A stretch of DNA of 64,000 bases from Promethearchaeota archaeon (GCA_019058365.1 JAHPZE010000011.1:1-64000), one strand, 5' to 3'; positions 1 to 10,172 are shown, numbered from the stretch's first letter. The notes: generated from the sequence alone by a model not told the origin. Translations and numbers: made by a program.

Positions 1-607
1 TAAAAATTAAAGGTGAATAAAGATTTAGTGTATGAAGGGAAATTAAAAATTATCAAGAGTTCAAAGATTAAAAAAGCTGCATGACCTTCATTAAGATGAT
101 AAGTTTTTATGTTGTGATATCCAAGTTTTTCTAACATTCTATACCCACAAATACCAAGAATCATCTCTTGTGCTATTCGTTGAAAAGGATTTGCATCATA
201 TAAGATATGAGTTAATTTTCTTTGCCATGGCTCATTTTCATCAAGATCAGTATCTAATAATATAACTGGTATCTTATGACCATTTCTACCTATAATGTCA
301 TACTTCCAAGCTTCAACTGGAATTAATTTATCCTGTAATTCAAGAGTTACTTGTTGATCAATTTTTTCAAAATCATCACCAAAAGCCCATTCCATTTCTT
401 TTTCGACTTGATTGCCATTTGAATCAATTTGCTGATAGAAATAACCGGCATCATATGTCAAAGTGATCGCAATCATTGGCAAACCCATATCAGCTGCAGA
501 TCGAAGAGCATCTCCCGCTAATATTCCTAAACCTCCAGAATAAATAGGTAAACTACTTTCTAAAGCAATTTCCATAGAAAAATAAGCAATTTCTTGTTTT
601 TTTTCAT
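1..607 (-). CDS. glgP: Alpha-glucan (glycogen/starch) phosphorylase, N-terminal part, runs off the window edge
   Basis: Manual minus-strand translation from ATG at 607 gives IAYFSMEIALESSLPIYSGGLGILAGDALRSAADMGLPM...GYFYQ, the GT35 phosphorylase N-terminal signature. Not in the ORF track because it is truncated. Confidence 0.93.
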
Positions 608-974
608 AATCATTAATTTTTAAATTACACCTTTATAATGCTATTTAAATGATAAAGAGTAATATGAATCTTAAGGTTATAAGAATATCTCTTAAAAAAA
701 ATTAATTTTAAATAATTTTATTCAGCGAATCTTCAAGTCAAGATTTTTGAATTTAGTTTTGAATATAAATTACTAAAACGCTTAAAAGTGGATATTCTAT
801 TAAATTTATTATTTTCATAACCTTCTGATCAAATTTATTATATGGCTCAAAAATTAACTAATGTGTAAAAAGACCTATTTTTGGAGTAATTTTGCTTTAT
901 AAAATTTTATACATATCTTTAAAAGGGGAATTATCTGAAGAAAAGTTCAAATAAATTCAAGATTTTTTTTAATA

Positions 975-3044
975 ATGACTGAATATTTTAACTTACTTTA
1001 TGGGATTCTATTTTCTTTGGGAATTATACTTTCTATTTTAGGTCTATTTTATATTTTATGGATTATGAAAAAACTAAGACGTTTAGATAGCGGATCAGAA
1101 GAAATGGTAAAAATTCACAAATTAATAAAATTAGGTTCTAATACGTATTTAAGAAGACAATTTAAGACTATTAGTATAGTTCTATTAATTCTCTCTGTAA
1201 TACTTTTAATTGTTAACATTCCTTTAGCAGTTTCTTTTATAATTGGTGCAGTGACATCTCTGATTGCAAGTTATATTAGTATGGTTGCATCCACTCTATC
1301 AAATGTTAAAGTAACACAAGCATGTAAAAATGACTTAAATAACGCTTTGAAGATAGGATTTAATGCAGGAATGGTTATTGGAGTTTCGGTAATTTCTATT
1401 TCTTTACTAGGAATTAGTATTTTATACATTTCGTTTAATTTCAATATTCAAAATATTGTTGGTTTTGCCTTTGGAGCATCTTTCTCAGCACTCTTTGCGC
1501 AATTGGGGGGAGGAATATTTACTAAAGGTGCAGATATTGGAGCTGATCTAGTAGGAAAACTAGAACATGGTTTACCTGAAGATGATATAAGAAATCCCGC
1601 TGCTATAGCAGATAATGTTGGTGATAATGTCGGAGATTGTGCGGGTAGAGGAGCAGATCTCTATGAATCTTCTTCAGCAAATAACATCGCTGCGATGATA
1701 ATCGGAGTAACCTTAAGCACAGTTACAAGTAATCCATTATTCATTATTTTTTCCCTAGTTTCAAGAGCTCTAGGCAATGTTGCTGGTATATTGGGAGGTT
1801 TTTTTGTAAAGATTAAAGAAAAAGATAAATCACCCATCGCAGCATTTGCTAGAAGTCTTAGTGCTACAGCAATAATTAATATCATATTCTTTCTAATATT
1901 AACATTGATTTGTTTTCAAACAGGATGGCAGTTCTTATTCATCTCTTCCATTTTAGGAATAATGTTAGGTTTATCAACTTATTTTATAGTAGATTACTAC
2001 ACATCCTCAAGATATAGACCAGTAAAAAATATAATAAAAAGTTCAGAAACTGGAGCAGCTACCAACGTGATAAGTGGTTTTTCTTTAGGTTTAGAATCCC
2101 CTACAATTCCAGTAATCTCATTTGTGTTAGGAATTATTATTAGTTTTTTTCTTGGTGAGCAATTCGGTATAGCAAATAGTATAGACCCATACATAGGAGG
2201 AGTATTTGGTATAACTGTTGCAACAATGGGGTTATTGTCAATTACAACTATAATTTTAGCTTTTGATGGTTTTGGACCAGTATCCGATAATGCCGCAGGG
2301 ATAGCAGAGATGTCACACCAAGGAGAAGAAGTAAGATATAATTTAGATAAGCTAGATGCTGTTGGTAATACTACCAAAGCATTAGCAAAAGGTTTTGGCA
2401 TCACTTGTGCTGCTCTATCCGCTATAATATTATTTGAGGCCTATTTAGAAGAAATTAAAGCAATCGATGTTAATATCTATCATCCTATTGTTTTATGTTC
2501 CTTATTGATAGGAGCAGTCATTCCCTTTGTTTTTTCAGCATTAGCAATTAGATCTGCTGGAGTAGCAGCATATGCCATGATTAAAGAAATTCAGAAACAA
2601 TTTAAAGAAGATCCTGGAATACTTGAAAATAAGTCTTTACCAAACTATGAAAAATGTATTGATACTGGTACAAAAGTAGCATTAAAACAAATGATTTTCC
2701 CCGCATTACTACCCACATTAACACCCATTATTCTTGGATTTTTATTCGGTCCTGTTGCTCTCGCTGCATTTTTGATATCCGGAACTATATCTGGAATAAT
2801 ATTGGGATTTGTGTTAAATACAGGTGGAGGAGCTCTCGATAATACAAAAAAGGCAATTGAGGGAGGGCTTTTAGGGGGGAAAGGTTCTAAGGCACACGAT
2901 GCCTCTATAATTGGAGATACATTCGGTGATCCTTTAAAAGATACCGCAGGCCCCTCCCTCCATATCCTTGTTAAAGTAATAAATACTGTTTCAATAGCTT
3001 TTGCTCCTATTTTTATAGCTTTTGGGCCATTAATCATATTATAA
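975..3044 (+). CDS. hppA: Membrane-bound H+-translocating pyrophosphatase, K+-independent type
   Basis: GGIFTKGADIGADLVGK, DNVGDNVGD and GDPLKDTAGP motifs with many TM helices; Lys in GNTTK marks the K+-independent class. Confidence 0.95.
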   Translation: MTEYFNLLYGILFSLGIILSILGLFYILWIMKKLRRLDSGSEEMVKIHKLIKLGSNTYLRRQFKTISIVLLILSVILLIVNIPLAVSFIIGAVTSLIASYISMVASTLSNVKVTQACKNDLNNALKIGFNAGMVIGVSVISISLLGISILYISFNFNIQNIVGFAFGASFSALFAQLGGGIFTKGADIGADLVGKLEHGLPEDDIRNPAAIADNVGDNVGDCAGRGADLYESSSANNIAAMIIGVTLSTVTSNPLFIIFSLVSRALGNVAGILGGFFVKIKEKDKSPIAAFARSLSATAIINIIFFLILTLICFQTGWQFLFISSILGIMLGLSTYFIVDYYTSSRYRPVKNIIKSSETGAATNVISGFSLGLESPTIPVISFVLGIIISFFLGEQFGIANSIDPYIGGVFGITVATMGLLSITTIILAFDGFGPVSDNAAGIAEMSHQGEEVRYNLDKLDAVGNTTKALAKGFGITCAALSAIILFEAYLEEIKAIDVNIYHPIVLCSLLIGAVIPFVFSALAIRSAGVAAYAMIKEIQKQFKEDPGILENKSLPNYEKCIDTGTKVALKQMIFPALLPTLTPIILGFLFGPVALAAFLISGTISGIILGFVLNTGGGALDNTKKAIEGGLLGGKGSKAHDASIIGDTFGDPLKDTAGPSLHILVKVINTVSIAFAPIFIAFGPLIIL

Positions 3045-3117
3045 ATAAATTTTCCAAAATGAATTTTCTGATGAAAATAAAAAATATTTTAAAACTCTAT
3101 AATGGTGTTGATGTAAA

Positions 3118-3756
3118 ATGACTAGTAAAATTAAAGATCAATTAATTGAAATGCTTATTGAACATTCAAGAATTATGTATTCTATAATTAGCGATATGGG
3201 TGTTTTTTATGTAGCTTGGGCAGAAGCCTCAAAAACCAATCAAGATATATTAAAAAAAAAAGCAAGTAAATTGAATTTTGATATAGAAGAAGCAGCATTG
3301 ATAAAAAATCAAACAATTAAAGATTTTTCTGAAGCAATACCCTTAGGATCGGGAGATTGGGTCATATTAATTCAGAAAATGAATAATTTATCAAATCTAG
3401 CTTCAAAATTTATTGACTTATTAATGTACATTGAATTAAAAAACGTAGATTTAGAAATAAAAAAAATGTATCATAAATCAATCAATGAAATTTTAGAAAT
3501 GGCAACATTATTAAAAGAATCAATTAAATTGTTACGAGAAAACCCCAATAATGTAATTTTTAATATAAATAAGATTCATGAGATTGGTAACTCCACAGAT
3601 ATGCTATTCTATCAATTTCTTCATTATCTTTATAAAGATAAAGATTTGGAAATCAGAAATTTATTGATAATTCGAGATAGTGTTGTGACTTTAGAACAAT
3701 TTGTTGATAAAATTAATCATATAGCAGAGATCATTAGAGTTTTGCATTATGAATAA
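3118..3756 (+). CDS. DUF47/PhoU-like helical protein (phosphate transport regulator family), divergent paralog of 20284..20919
   Basis: Clear end-to-end similarity to 20284..20919 (MLIEHSRI.YS..SDM.VFY; LEQ..D.I..IA..IR.L). Confidence 0.7.
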   Translation: MTSKIKDQLIEMLIEHSRIMYSIISDMGVFYVAWAEASKTNQDILKKKASKLNFDIEEAALIKNQTIKDFSEAIPLGSGDWVILIQKMNNLSNLASKFIDLLMYIELKNVDLEIKKMYHKSINEILEMATLLKESIKLLRENPNNVIFNINKIHEIGNSTDMLFYQFLHYLYKDKDLEIRNLLIIRDSVVTLEQFVDKINHIAEIIRVLHYE

Positions 3757-3788
3757 AGATTTTATTGTAGGAAATTAGCAAGGAATTC

Positions 3789-3837
3789 TTGTTGCAACAG
3801 TTATCCCAAATACTCCTCCTAAGTATGGGTCTATACT
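3789..3837 (-). repeat. Inverted 49-bp copy of hppA internal segment 2178..2226 (47/49 identical)
   Basis: Reverse complement reads agtatagacccatacttaggaggagtatttgggataactgttgcaacaa versus hppA agtatagacccatacataggaggagtatttggtataactgttgcaacaa. Confidence 0.9.
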
Positions 3838-3905
3838 GTTGCATTAAAAGTGATAGGAGATTGGATTTTAGAGCAAACTATGAATATAAAATTCAATTTT
3901 TCGGA

Positions 3906-4205
3906 TTAAATCTCTTTAAGAACTTCATTAAATAGAGATTTTTTTAACTGATCCTCTAAATATTTTATTTCCCTGGATTTTAAATCAAGACTATTAGTTA
4001 AACCTGCTTTTTCAGCTTCAATTTCATATGTTATGATAATCTCTTCTTCAAGTTCATATCCTTCTAATGCTTGTTCATATGCATTAAGGGGATCCATTCC
4101 TTTATCAATTTCTTTTTGTATTTTTCTCAGCAATTTTTCTTGGAGTATTTCAATTGTAGATTTTTTTATATCCTCTTCATTTTTTTTATTTAATTTGGAG
4201 ATCAT
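3906..4205 (-). CDS. Hypothetical acidic helical protein
   Basis: 99-aa ORF with an upstream AGGTG SD-like sequence; no recognisable motif. Confidence 0.6.
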   Translation of the reverse strand: MISKLNKKNEEDIKKSTIEILQEKLLRKIQKEIDKGMDPLNAYEQALEGYELEEEIIITYEIEAEKAGLTNSLDLKSREIKYLEDQLKKSLFNEVLKEI

Positions 4206-4344
4206 CCATCACCTTATATTTACAATAAAAAATTTAAGAAGGATATTTAAAAGCTATTATAATAATTCATAATTTTTATACAAAAAGATAATGATTAATT
4301 AAACAAATTAAATAATTTAAAAACATTAAAATGAGGCTTGACTT

Positions 4345-5226
4345 TTAACTATATTCAGTAAAAATCTTTAAAATTTTCTGAAAATCTTTTTGAAGTTGAA
4401 CTTGTTTTGTACTCTGAACTCTTTTAGAGATATTCTTAAAAATTTTCCTTATTTTTAAAGATTCCAGGTAATTAATCTCTCTTGTAATGAAAGCTATCAT
4501 ATAATCCTGTTCCCCTCCCCTCATTTTTTCGTTTTTATATGAATCAAAATAGATATATCCCTTTCTTTTAATATTTTCTATATCTACTAATATTCCTTGT
4601 GCATGATTCATTTTATCATGACCATAAATTGAGACAGATGCTTGGAACAATTGTCTTCCAATATCTTCCAAGGAATATGATAATTGTTCCCTTAATGAAA
4701 TAAAACTGGTTAATTTTGGTCCAATTTTATCATCCCATAACATAATTAATAGAACAGCACATTTGGTCTTCCTTTCATATTGGGGTTCTATCTCATCTTC
4801 AATCTCTTCAATTAATTCTTCTATTCTTTTATTGATTGAATCTATCTTTTCTTTTCTTCGTATTTTTCCATTAATGATAGCTAATAAATCCTCCTCTTCA
4901 AAAGGTTTAGTAACATAATCATCAACACCTAATATTTTTCCAAATCGTACATCTTCGCTTGAGGATTTTGCTGTTAAGAAGATAAATGGGATTCTACTCA
5001 ATTTTGGAGTAGATGATACCTTTACAAAGAAATCATACCCGTCTATACCAGGCATCATTATATCACTTATTATGAGATCTGGAATTTTTTCAAGGTTAGG
5101 CAATACATTTAAAGCATCCTGTCCATTGGATGATGTAATAACTTCAAAATTATTTTGTTCTAAAGCAATTCTAATGTTTAGTAAAATATCATCGTTATCA
5201 TCAACAACTAAAATCAACGGTTTCAT
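4345..5226 (-). CDS. Response regulator: N-terminal receiver domain plus a C-terminal putative longin/uDENN-like domain
   Basis: Intact REC residues (VVDD, ISDIMMP, FLTA, TKPF). The C-terminal domain starts with a hydrophobic strand plus WDDKIGPKL, resembling the FD-x3-GP start of longin/uDENN domains (inference). Confidence 0.85.
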   Translation of the reverse strand: MKPLILVVDDNDDILLNIRIALEQNNFEVITSSNGQDALNVLPNLEKIPDLIISDIMMPGIDGYDFFVKVSSTPKLSRIPFIFLTAKSSSEDVRFGKILGVDDYVTKPFEEEDLLAIINGKIRRKEKIDSINKRIEELIEEIEDEIEPQYERKTKCAVLLIMLWDDKIGPKLTSFISLREQLSYSLEDIGRQLFQASVSIYGHDKMNHAQGILVDIENIKRKGYIYFDSYKNEKMRGGEQDYMIAFITREINYLESLKIRKIFKNISKRVQSTKQVQLQKDFQKILKIFTEYS

Positions 5227-5317
5227 AATCTTTTAATACTAAAGCTATTGTAGAAATCTATATTGTTTTGAGATTAATATATAATAATTAAAAAAAAAAA
5301 TTAGAATTTTATGATTT

Positions 5318-7342
5318 TTAAAAATTCATTTTGGGGAAAAAAACTGAAATAGTTGTACTTTTTCCAAATTCACTGTCAACATAGATATTACCACCATGAA
5401 GTTTTATTAACTCTTCTGCTATAGAAAGACCTAAACCAGTTCCAGGAATCTCTGTAACGTCCTTAGATCTAAAAAATCTTTCAAAAAGGTGTTGTATATC
5501 TTTTTGTTTGATTCCAATACCATGATCAACTATTTGAAATAAAATACCCTCATCTTCTTTTGGATTATATTTACCTTGGTAATGATTAAAAGCGAATATT
5601 TCAATAGATGAGTTATTTTTAGAATATTTAATAGCATTATCAACAAAAATACGAAAGATTTGACTAAATCTTCTAGGATCTGCAACTAACTTTAAATTCT
5701 CATCAATATTTATTATAGTAGAAATATTTTTAGCTTTAATTTTTGGTTCCATTAGTTCTATTAAATTAAGAAATATTTTATAAATTGAAATTTCTTCTAA
5801 TTCTAAAACTTGAAGTTTCTCATCAATTCTAGAAATAATTAAAATATCATCGATTAATTCACTTAATAAATTAACATTGCGAACTACTGCATCAAAAATG
5901 TCCGATTTAAGGCCATCATCTAAATTTTCTTTATATTTATTCAAATTGTAAAGAGATTGTTTTAAAACTGTGATTGGTGTCCTCAATTCATGTGAAACAG
6001 ATGATATGAACTCTTCTAATTTTTTTTCTGCAGATACACGCGAACTAATATCTATAGTATTCACAATTACTTTTGACCAAGATTCTTCATAGCTAGGAAC
6101 TATTGATACTCTCTTTAACACATTTTTTTCATCATTTGTCAACGTATTGACTGTTGTCTCAAAATCTACAACTTTTTTACCCTCTGATAATGCATATAAT
6201 TCGTTTTTAAATGCGTTTAATGCCTCTTCAGTAAAAGTTTTTGTTAATTTATCAATTAAATCATCTTTATTATCAACTTTATATATGTCAAATGTTGCTT
6301 TATTAAAATTGAGTATTTTGATCAGTGAGATACAATTAAGTAAATCATCTTTATTTTTAGTGAAGTATTCTGAAAGGTTAGTAATACCTTTACTCTGCAA
6401 AAAATCTACATATTTTTTAATAGCGCTGAAATCATATTCACAAACAGAAATTGGTGAATTCTCAAATAGATTAAAATACCGAGCTGCTGACTCTCTCATT
6501 TTTTCCTTGCTGTGTTTGAGTTCTTTAAACAATATACCTACGGGGTTGTTAAACCCTACTAGAACTATTAATTTATATAGAATATAAAAAGCAATTATTT
6601 TTAGAATATGACCTAATTCGTTGAAGGGGCCATAAACGTTGTGATAGAGTGTAAAAGTAAATTCAGAAAATATAAAAAAAATTAAAATTATTAAAATAAG
6701 TTGATAAATTTGTTTGTTAAATTCATATTTGAAGTAATAAGTTATTAGAAATGTTATGGCAAATATGATTATGATAATATATTCACTAATTATTTTAAAT
6801 GGGGTTAATCCGACCCCATCAACAAAACATATGGGAAATAAATTAAGAAATATGAAGAGAAGTAATGTTAGACTAATTAATGAATAAAAAAATAACAATA
6901 TACTCTGTGAAACCTTTTTATTTCTCATTAATGTGGCAAATAAAAAAGAAAATGCTTGAATATAGCGCCCTGCAATCCATAATTGAGTTGATAAATTACC
7001 TCCATGCTCAGGAAAAATATTAAGACCTTCATATGCAAGGGTATGAATAAGATCAAAAATACCAACAAAAAGAGCAGAAATTCCTAAAATTAAGAAATAA
7101 GATTCATCTATATATTTACGAGAATTCCACCCTATTAAGAAAATTCCACCAGCAATTATTATACTAAAAACTTCTGCTAAACTATGAAATAACAAGTAAC
7201 TGAAGAAGGTAGTCGAGAATATAATAATTAGAATAAATGTAAAGGTGCTTATTTCAACCCACGTAAATAATTTTCCTTTTGAATTTTCTTTTTGCTCAAT
7301 TTCTTCACTATTAGCATATTGATTATTTTCTTTTTCTGTCAT
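5318..7342 (-). CDS. Membrane sensor histidine kinase (MASE3 - PAS-like - HisKA - HATPase)
   Basis: MASE3-like TM region (LFHSLAEVFS, DLIHTLAY, NLSTQLWIAGR); H-box SHELRTPIT, N-box DNAIKYS, G1 DHGIGI, F-box FERFFR, G2 GTGLGL. Confidence 0.95.
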   Translation of the reverse strand: MTEKENNQYANSEEIEQKENSKGKLFTWVEISTFTFILIIIFSTTFFSYLLFHSLAEVFSIIIAGGIFLIGWNSRKYIDESYFLILGISALFVGIFDLIHTLAYEGLNIFPEHGGNLSTQLWIAGRYIQAFSFLFATLMRNKKVSQSILLFFYSLISLTLLLFIFLNLFPICFVDGVGLTPFKIISEYIIIIIFAITFLITYYFKYEFNKQIYQLILIILIFFIFSEFTFTLYHNVYGPFNELGHILKIIAFYILYKLIVLVGFNNPVGILFKELKHSKEKMRESAARYFNLFENSPISVCEYDFSAIKKYVDFLQSKGITNLSEYFTKNKDDLLNCISLIKILNFNKATFDIYKVDNKDDLIDKLTKTFTEEALNAFKNELYALSEGKKVVDFETTVNTLTNDEKNVLKRVSIVPSYEESWSKVIVNTIDISSRVSAEKKLEEFISSVSHELRTPITVLKQSLYNLNKYKENLDDGLKSDIFDAVVRNVNLLSELIDDILIISRIDEKLQVLELEEISIYKIFLNLIELMEPKIKAKNISTIINIDENLKLVADPRRFSQIFRIFVDNAIKYSKNNSSIEIFAFNHYQGKYNPKEDEGILFQIVDHGIGIKQKDIQHLFERFFRSKDVTEIPGTGLGLSIAEELIKLHGGNIYVDSEFGKSTTISVFFPKMNF

Positions 7343-7374
7343 AGTTAATGAGTGAAAATTATTATTGTTTAAAG

Positions 7375-7929
7375 TTAGTAAACAAGAATCTTATCAAAAA
7401 TTGTATAGATTGTTGTTTTATAAATTTCAAAGAAAATCCCTTCTGGAATCAACTTTTTAACCTTTTGAATCAATTCCTGAATACTGTCTTCAGTAAGATC
7501 GGTGTGAATTTCCTTCAAATCAGGATCATATTTATGAAGAAAAATAGAAATATCTAAATCTAAATTCTTTTGTTGAATTTTTTTTAAAATATTTTCTAAG
7601 TATTTTAAAGCTAAGTCATATCGTTGGATATCTTGAATATCAATAACAAATATAATTTTAGAACATCCAGTAATATAGGGTTCAAAATTCTCTAAATATT
7701 CTTCTCTATAATTCTCTTGACCACCTAAATCCCAAATATTAAATTTTGAGTCAACAGATTCAAAGTCAATAATATTGGGACCAATAGTTGGCGTTAATGA
7801 CAAATAATTAAGTAAATTCATTTTACCAATAATACTAAGAATTATTGATGATTTTCCAGAATTATCGAGACCAGCAATTATAATTTTTTTATAAGGTTCT
7901 GAATTATTTTTACTTGTAAGATTTGACAA
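7375..7929 (-). CDS. Small GTPase, Rag/Arf-like (TTG start)
   Basis: G1 GLDNSGKS, G2 PTIG, G3 WDLGGQ, G4 HKYD, G5 TTIY; HKxD and T(S/T)I(Y/W) are Rag/Gtr-like. Confidence 0.9.
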   Translation of the reverse strand: MSNLTSKNNSEPYKKIIIAGLDNSGKSSIILSIIGKMNLLNYLSLTPTIGPNIIDFESVDSKFNIWDLGGQENYREEYLENFEPYITGCSKIIFVIDIQDIQRYDLALKYLENILKKIQQKNLDLDISIFLHKYDPDLKEIHTDLTEDSIQELIQKVKKLIPEGIFFEIYKTTIYTIFDKILVY

Positions 7930-7941
7930 TAAAATTTCCTT

Positions 7942-8277
7942 TTACCGTAATTTATCTAAATTATCTGATTTAATCATTTTTTGAAATTTATTCCTTTGCA
8001 ACTCTAAAATATATGAATTTATCGTCGATAAGACTTTAAATATAGATTTATTTGCAATATAATAATATTTTATATTTCCATCTTTTCTAACATTTAATAT
8101 TCCTGCTTGCTTTAATATTTTCAATTCTTGTGAAGTATATGATTGACTAATCTTTAGTATATCTTGAATCTCTTTAGATATCATTTCATTATTTTTAAGA
8201 AGTCTAATTATTTCAATTGAATATGGATCACTCAAAATTTTTAAAAAATTAGCGACTTCTTTAGTTAGTTCGTCCAT
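7942..8277 (-). CDS. ArsR/SmtB-family winged-helix transcriptional regulator
   Basis: FLKILSDP...ISQSYTSQELKILKQAGIL...KDG..KYY pattern. Confidence 0.88.
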   Translation of the reverse strand: MDELTKEVANFLKILSDPYSIEIIRLLKNNEMISKEIQDILKISQSYTSQELKILKQAGILNVRKDGNIKYYYIANKSIFKVLSTINSYILELQRNKFQKMIKSDNLDKLR

Positions 8278-8395
8278 TATTCTATTTTCCGTGCATTTAT
8301 ATTATTCAAATTTAAGATATAATTTATCTCAAATCATATTCAGATTGTCCTTTATTTAAATAAGATAATTTAGAAATTTAAATATTATGAAGTTA

Positions 8396-8440
8396 TGATA
8401 TCGCAATATCACAAAATAGCAATATTTAAATATTGTGATA
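8396..8440. promoter_or_regulatory. Cluster of palindromic operator/promoter elements between the divergent ArsR and Lrp genes
   Basis: TGATAT-cgca-ATATCA (8396..8411); perfect 16-bp palindrome CAATATTTAAATATTG (8420..8435) containing a TATA-like core on both strands; flanking TATCACAA/TTGTGATA inverted pair. Confidence 0.55.
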
Positions 8441-8519
8441 CCTTACTTTTGTAATATAATAGAAAAAGTTAAAAAAAATTTCATAAAAAATCTCTGAAAA
8501 AAGGACTTGATGTATAAAT

Positions 8520-9029
8520 ATGATTAATGGTGTAAATGTTTTAGATGATATCGATAAAAGGATTGTTAAATTTATCCAGATGGATCCAACTATCACCCAT
8601 ACACAAATAGCAAAAAAAGTTAATAGAAGCCAACCAACGGTAGGATCAAGGATAAAAAAACTCGAAGAGTCGGGAATATTAAAATTTCAAGCTGGTTTAA
8701 ATCTAAAGAATTTAGAATGTTATTACGCAAAAGTTGATATCCAAACGTCTGATCCTGAGGAAATTGTGAGTATAATTAATTCTTGTCCTTACATTATTCA
8801 TGGATATAGAGTGAGTGGAGTCACAAATTTTGTTATTATTATAGCATACTCAATATTGAAAGATTTAGATAAAATCGTTAATTATCATTTTAGAAATAAC
8901 CCTACTATAAAAGCAATCAAGACTGAGATAATTTCGGAAATAATTAAAGAATTTGTTATTCCATTTGATTTTGAAATTAAGCGTTGTAGTTGTATAGAGA
9001 AATTAAACAAAAATATACCGAAGAATTAA
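8520..9029 (+). CDS. Lrp/AsnC-family transcriptional regulator
   Basis: LDDIDKRIV...IAKKVNRSQPTVGSRIKKLEESGIL HTH and a C-terminal RAM domain (YRVSG). Confidence 0.92.
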   Translation: MINGVNVLDDIDKRIVKFIQMDPTITHTQIAKKVNRSQPTVGSRIKKLEESGILKFQAGLNLKNLECYYAKVDIQTSDPEEIVSIINSCPYIIHGYRVSGVTNFVIIIAYSILKDLDKIVNYHFRNNPTIKAIKTEIISEIIKEFVIPFDFEIKRCSCIEKLNKNIPKN

Positions 9030-9248
9030 TAGAGAAGAGGTTTTTAGAATTAAAATTTTCATGGAATTAGATAAAACAAAATCAAAAATCTTTATAGATT
9101 ACTTTATGGAAGATTTTAAAATTTTAGTAAAAGTTCCTCTAAAAAAGGATGATGAAAGAGACGATAACAGTCTTGTTGTAGATAAATTCGATATTTCAGA
9201 CAAAATTTACTTAACTCATATAATTGAATTCTAAATTAAAAATAATGT

Positions 9249-10172
9249 ATGATAAAAATGGCATACTCAAAAAGATTCAAAAATTATGATGATGTTTTCA
9301 TAAAAGAACGCAAAGAAAATTGTTGCACCGTGCCAAACATCATATCTTCTAATGGGTATAATGTTTGTACGAATTGTGGAACAACGCAATCTAAGATTAT
9401 TTCTTATAAACCTAAAATGCAACCTTTTTTGAAAACAGATGTTAATCCAAATAATATTGAACCTGTACGTTCTCCAATAGGACCTCGTACAATCTTTAAA
9501 GGCAATCTAGATGGAAAAGGAAACTATTTATCCCCAAAAGCATTGATGCATTATAAGAGATTATCTAAAATAAACAGAGGATTAGTAAATGGACTTGAAA
9601 GGAATTTATGGATTGCAATAGCAAAATTAAACCAAATTAAAACGCAATTGAATCTCCCAAGTTATATTGCAGAAGACACTTTCAGGATTTATATTTCTGC
9701 TGCTAAAAAAAAACTAACATTAGGAAGAACAATTGATGGAATTCTTTGTGTCTCACTTTATTTTGCACTAAAATTTTATAGAAAACCAATAATTATTGAA
9801 GAATTACTTGCTGCATTTCAAATTTCTAAGAAAAAGTTTGTTTATTGCTATAAAGTAGTTGTAAATAATATTATTCCAAATTTAAATTTGAGTTCACATA
9901 ATTTTACACCTCAAGAATATATAAATAAATTCTATGACGAGTTGGATTTATCTGTAAATTGTCGGAATATTGCAATAAAAGTTGTCGAGGACAGCAAAAG
10001 GAAAGGATTAATTATTTCCGGTAGAGATCCTAAAGGAATTGCCGCAGCATCTCTGTATATTTCCTCAAAAAAAAATAATGAATCTCGCACCCAAAAACAG
10101 ATATGCAAAATTGCAAACGTTTCTGAAATTACTTTAAGAATGAGATTAAAAGAAATTAGTAGTTTAATTTGA
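9249..10172 (+). CDS. tfb: Transcription initiation factor IIB (TFB) paralog
   Basis: N-terminal Zn ribbon (CC...VCTNCG), two cyclin repeats (ERNL, GRTI, SGRDPKGIAAASLY) and C-terminal HTH (TQKQI...VSEITLRMR). Confidence 0.9.
   Translation: MIKMAYSKRFKNYDDVFIKERKENCCTVPNIISSNGYNVCTNCGTTQSKIISYKPKMQPFLKTDVNPNNIEPVRSPIGPRTIFKGNLDGKGNYLSPKALMHYKRLSKINRGLVNGLERNLWIAIAKLNQIKTQLNLPSYIAEDTFRIYISAAKKKLTLGRTIDGILCVSLYFALKFYRKPIIIEELLAAFQISKKKFVYCYKVVVNNIIPNLNLSSHNFTPQEYINKFYDELDLSVNCRNIAIKVVEDSKRKGLIISGRDPKGIAAASLYISSKKNNESRTQKQICKIANVSEITLRMRLKEISSLI

Noticed and set aside
1661-3037. Antisense ORFs inside hppA, and similar short ORFs overlapping the kinase, SPFH, ATPase, radA, trpB2 and other genes
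   Set aside because: They overlap well-supported genes and have no recognisable motifs; these are codon-bias shadows.
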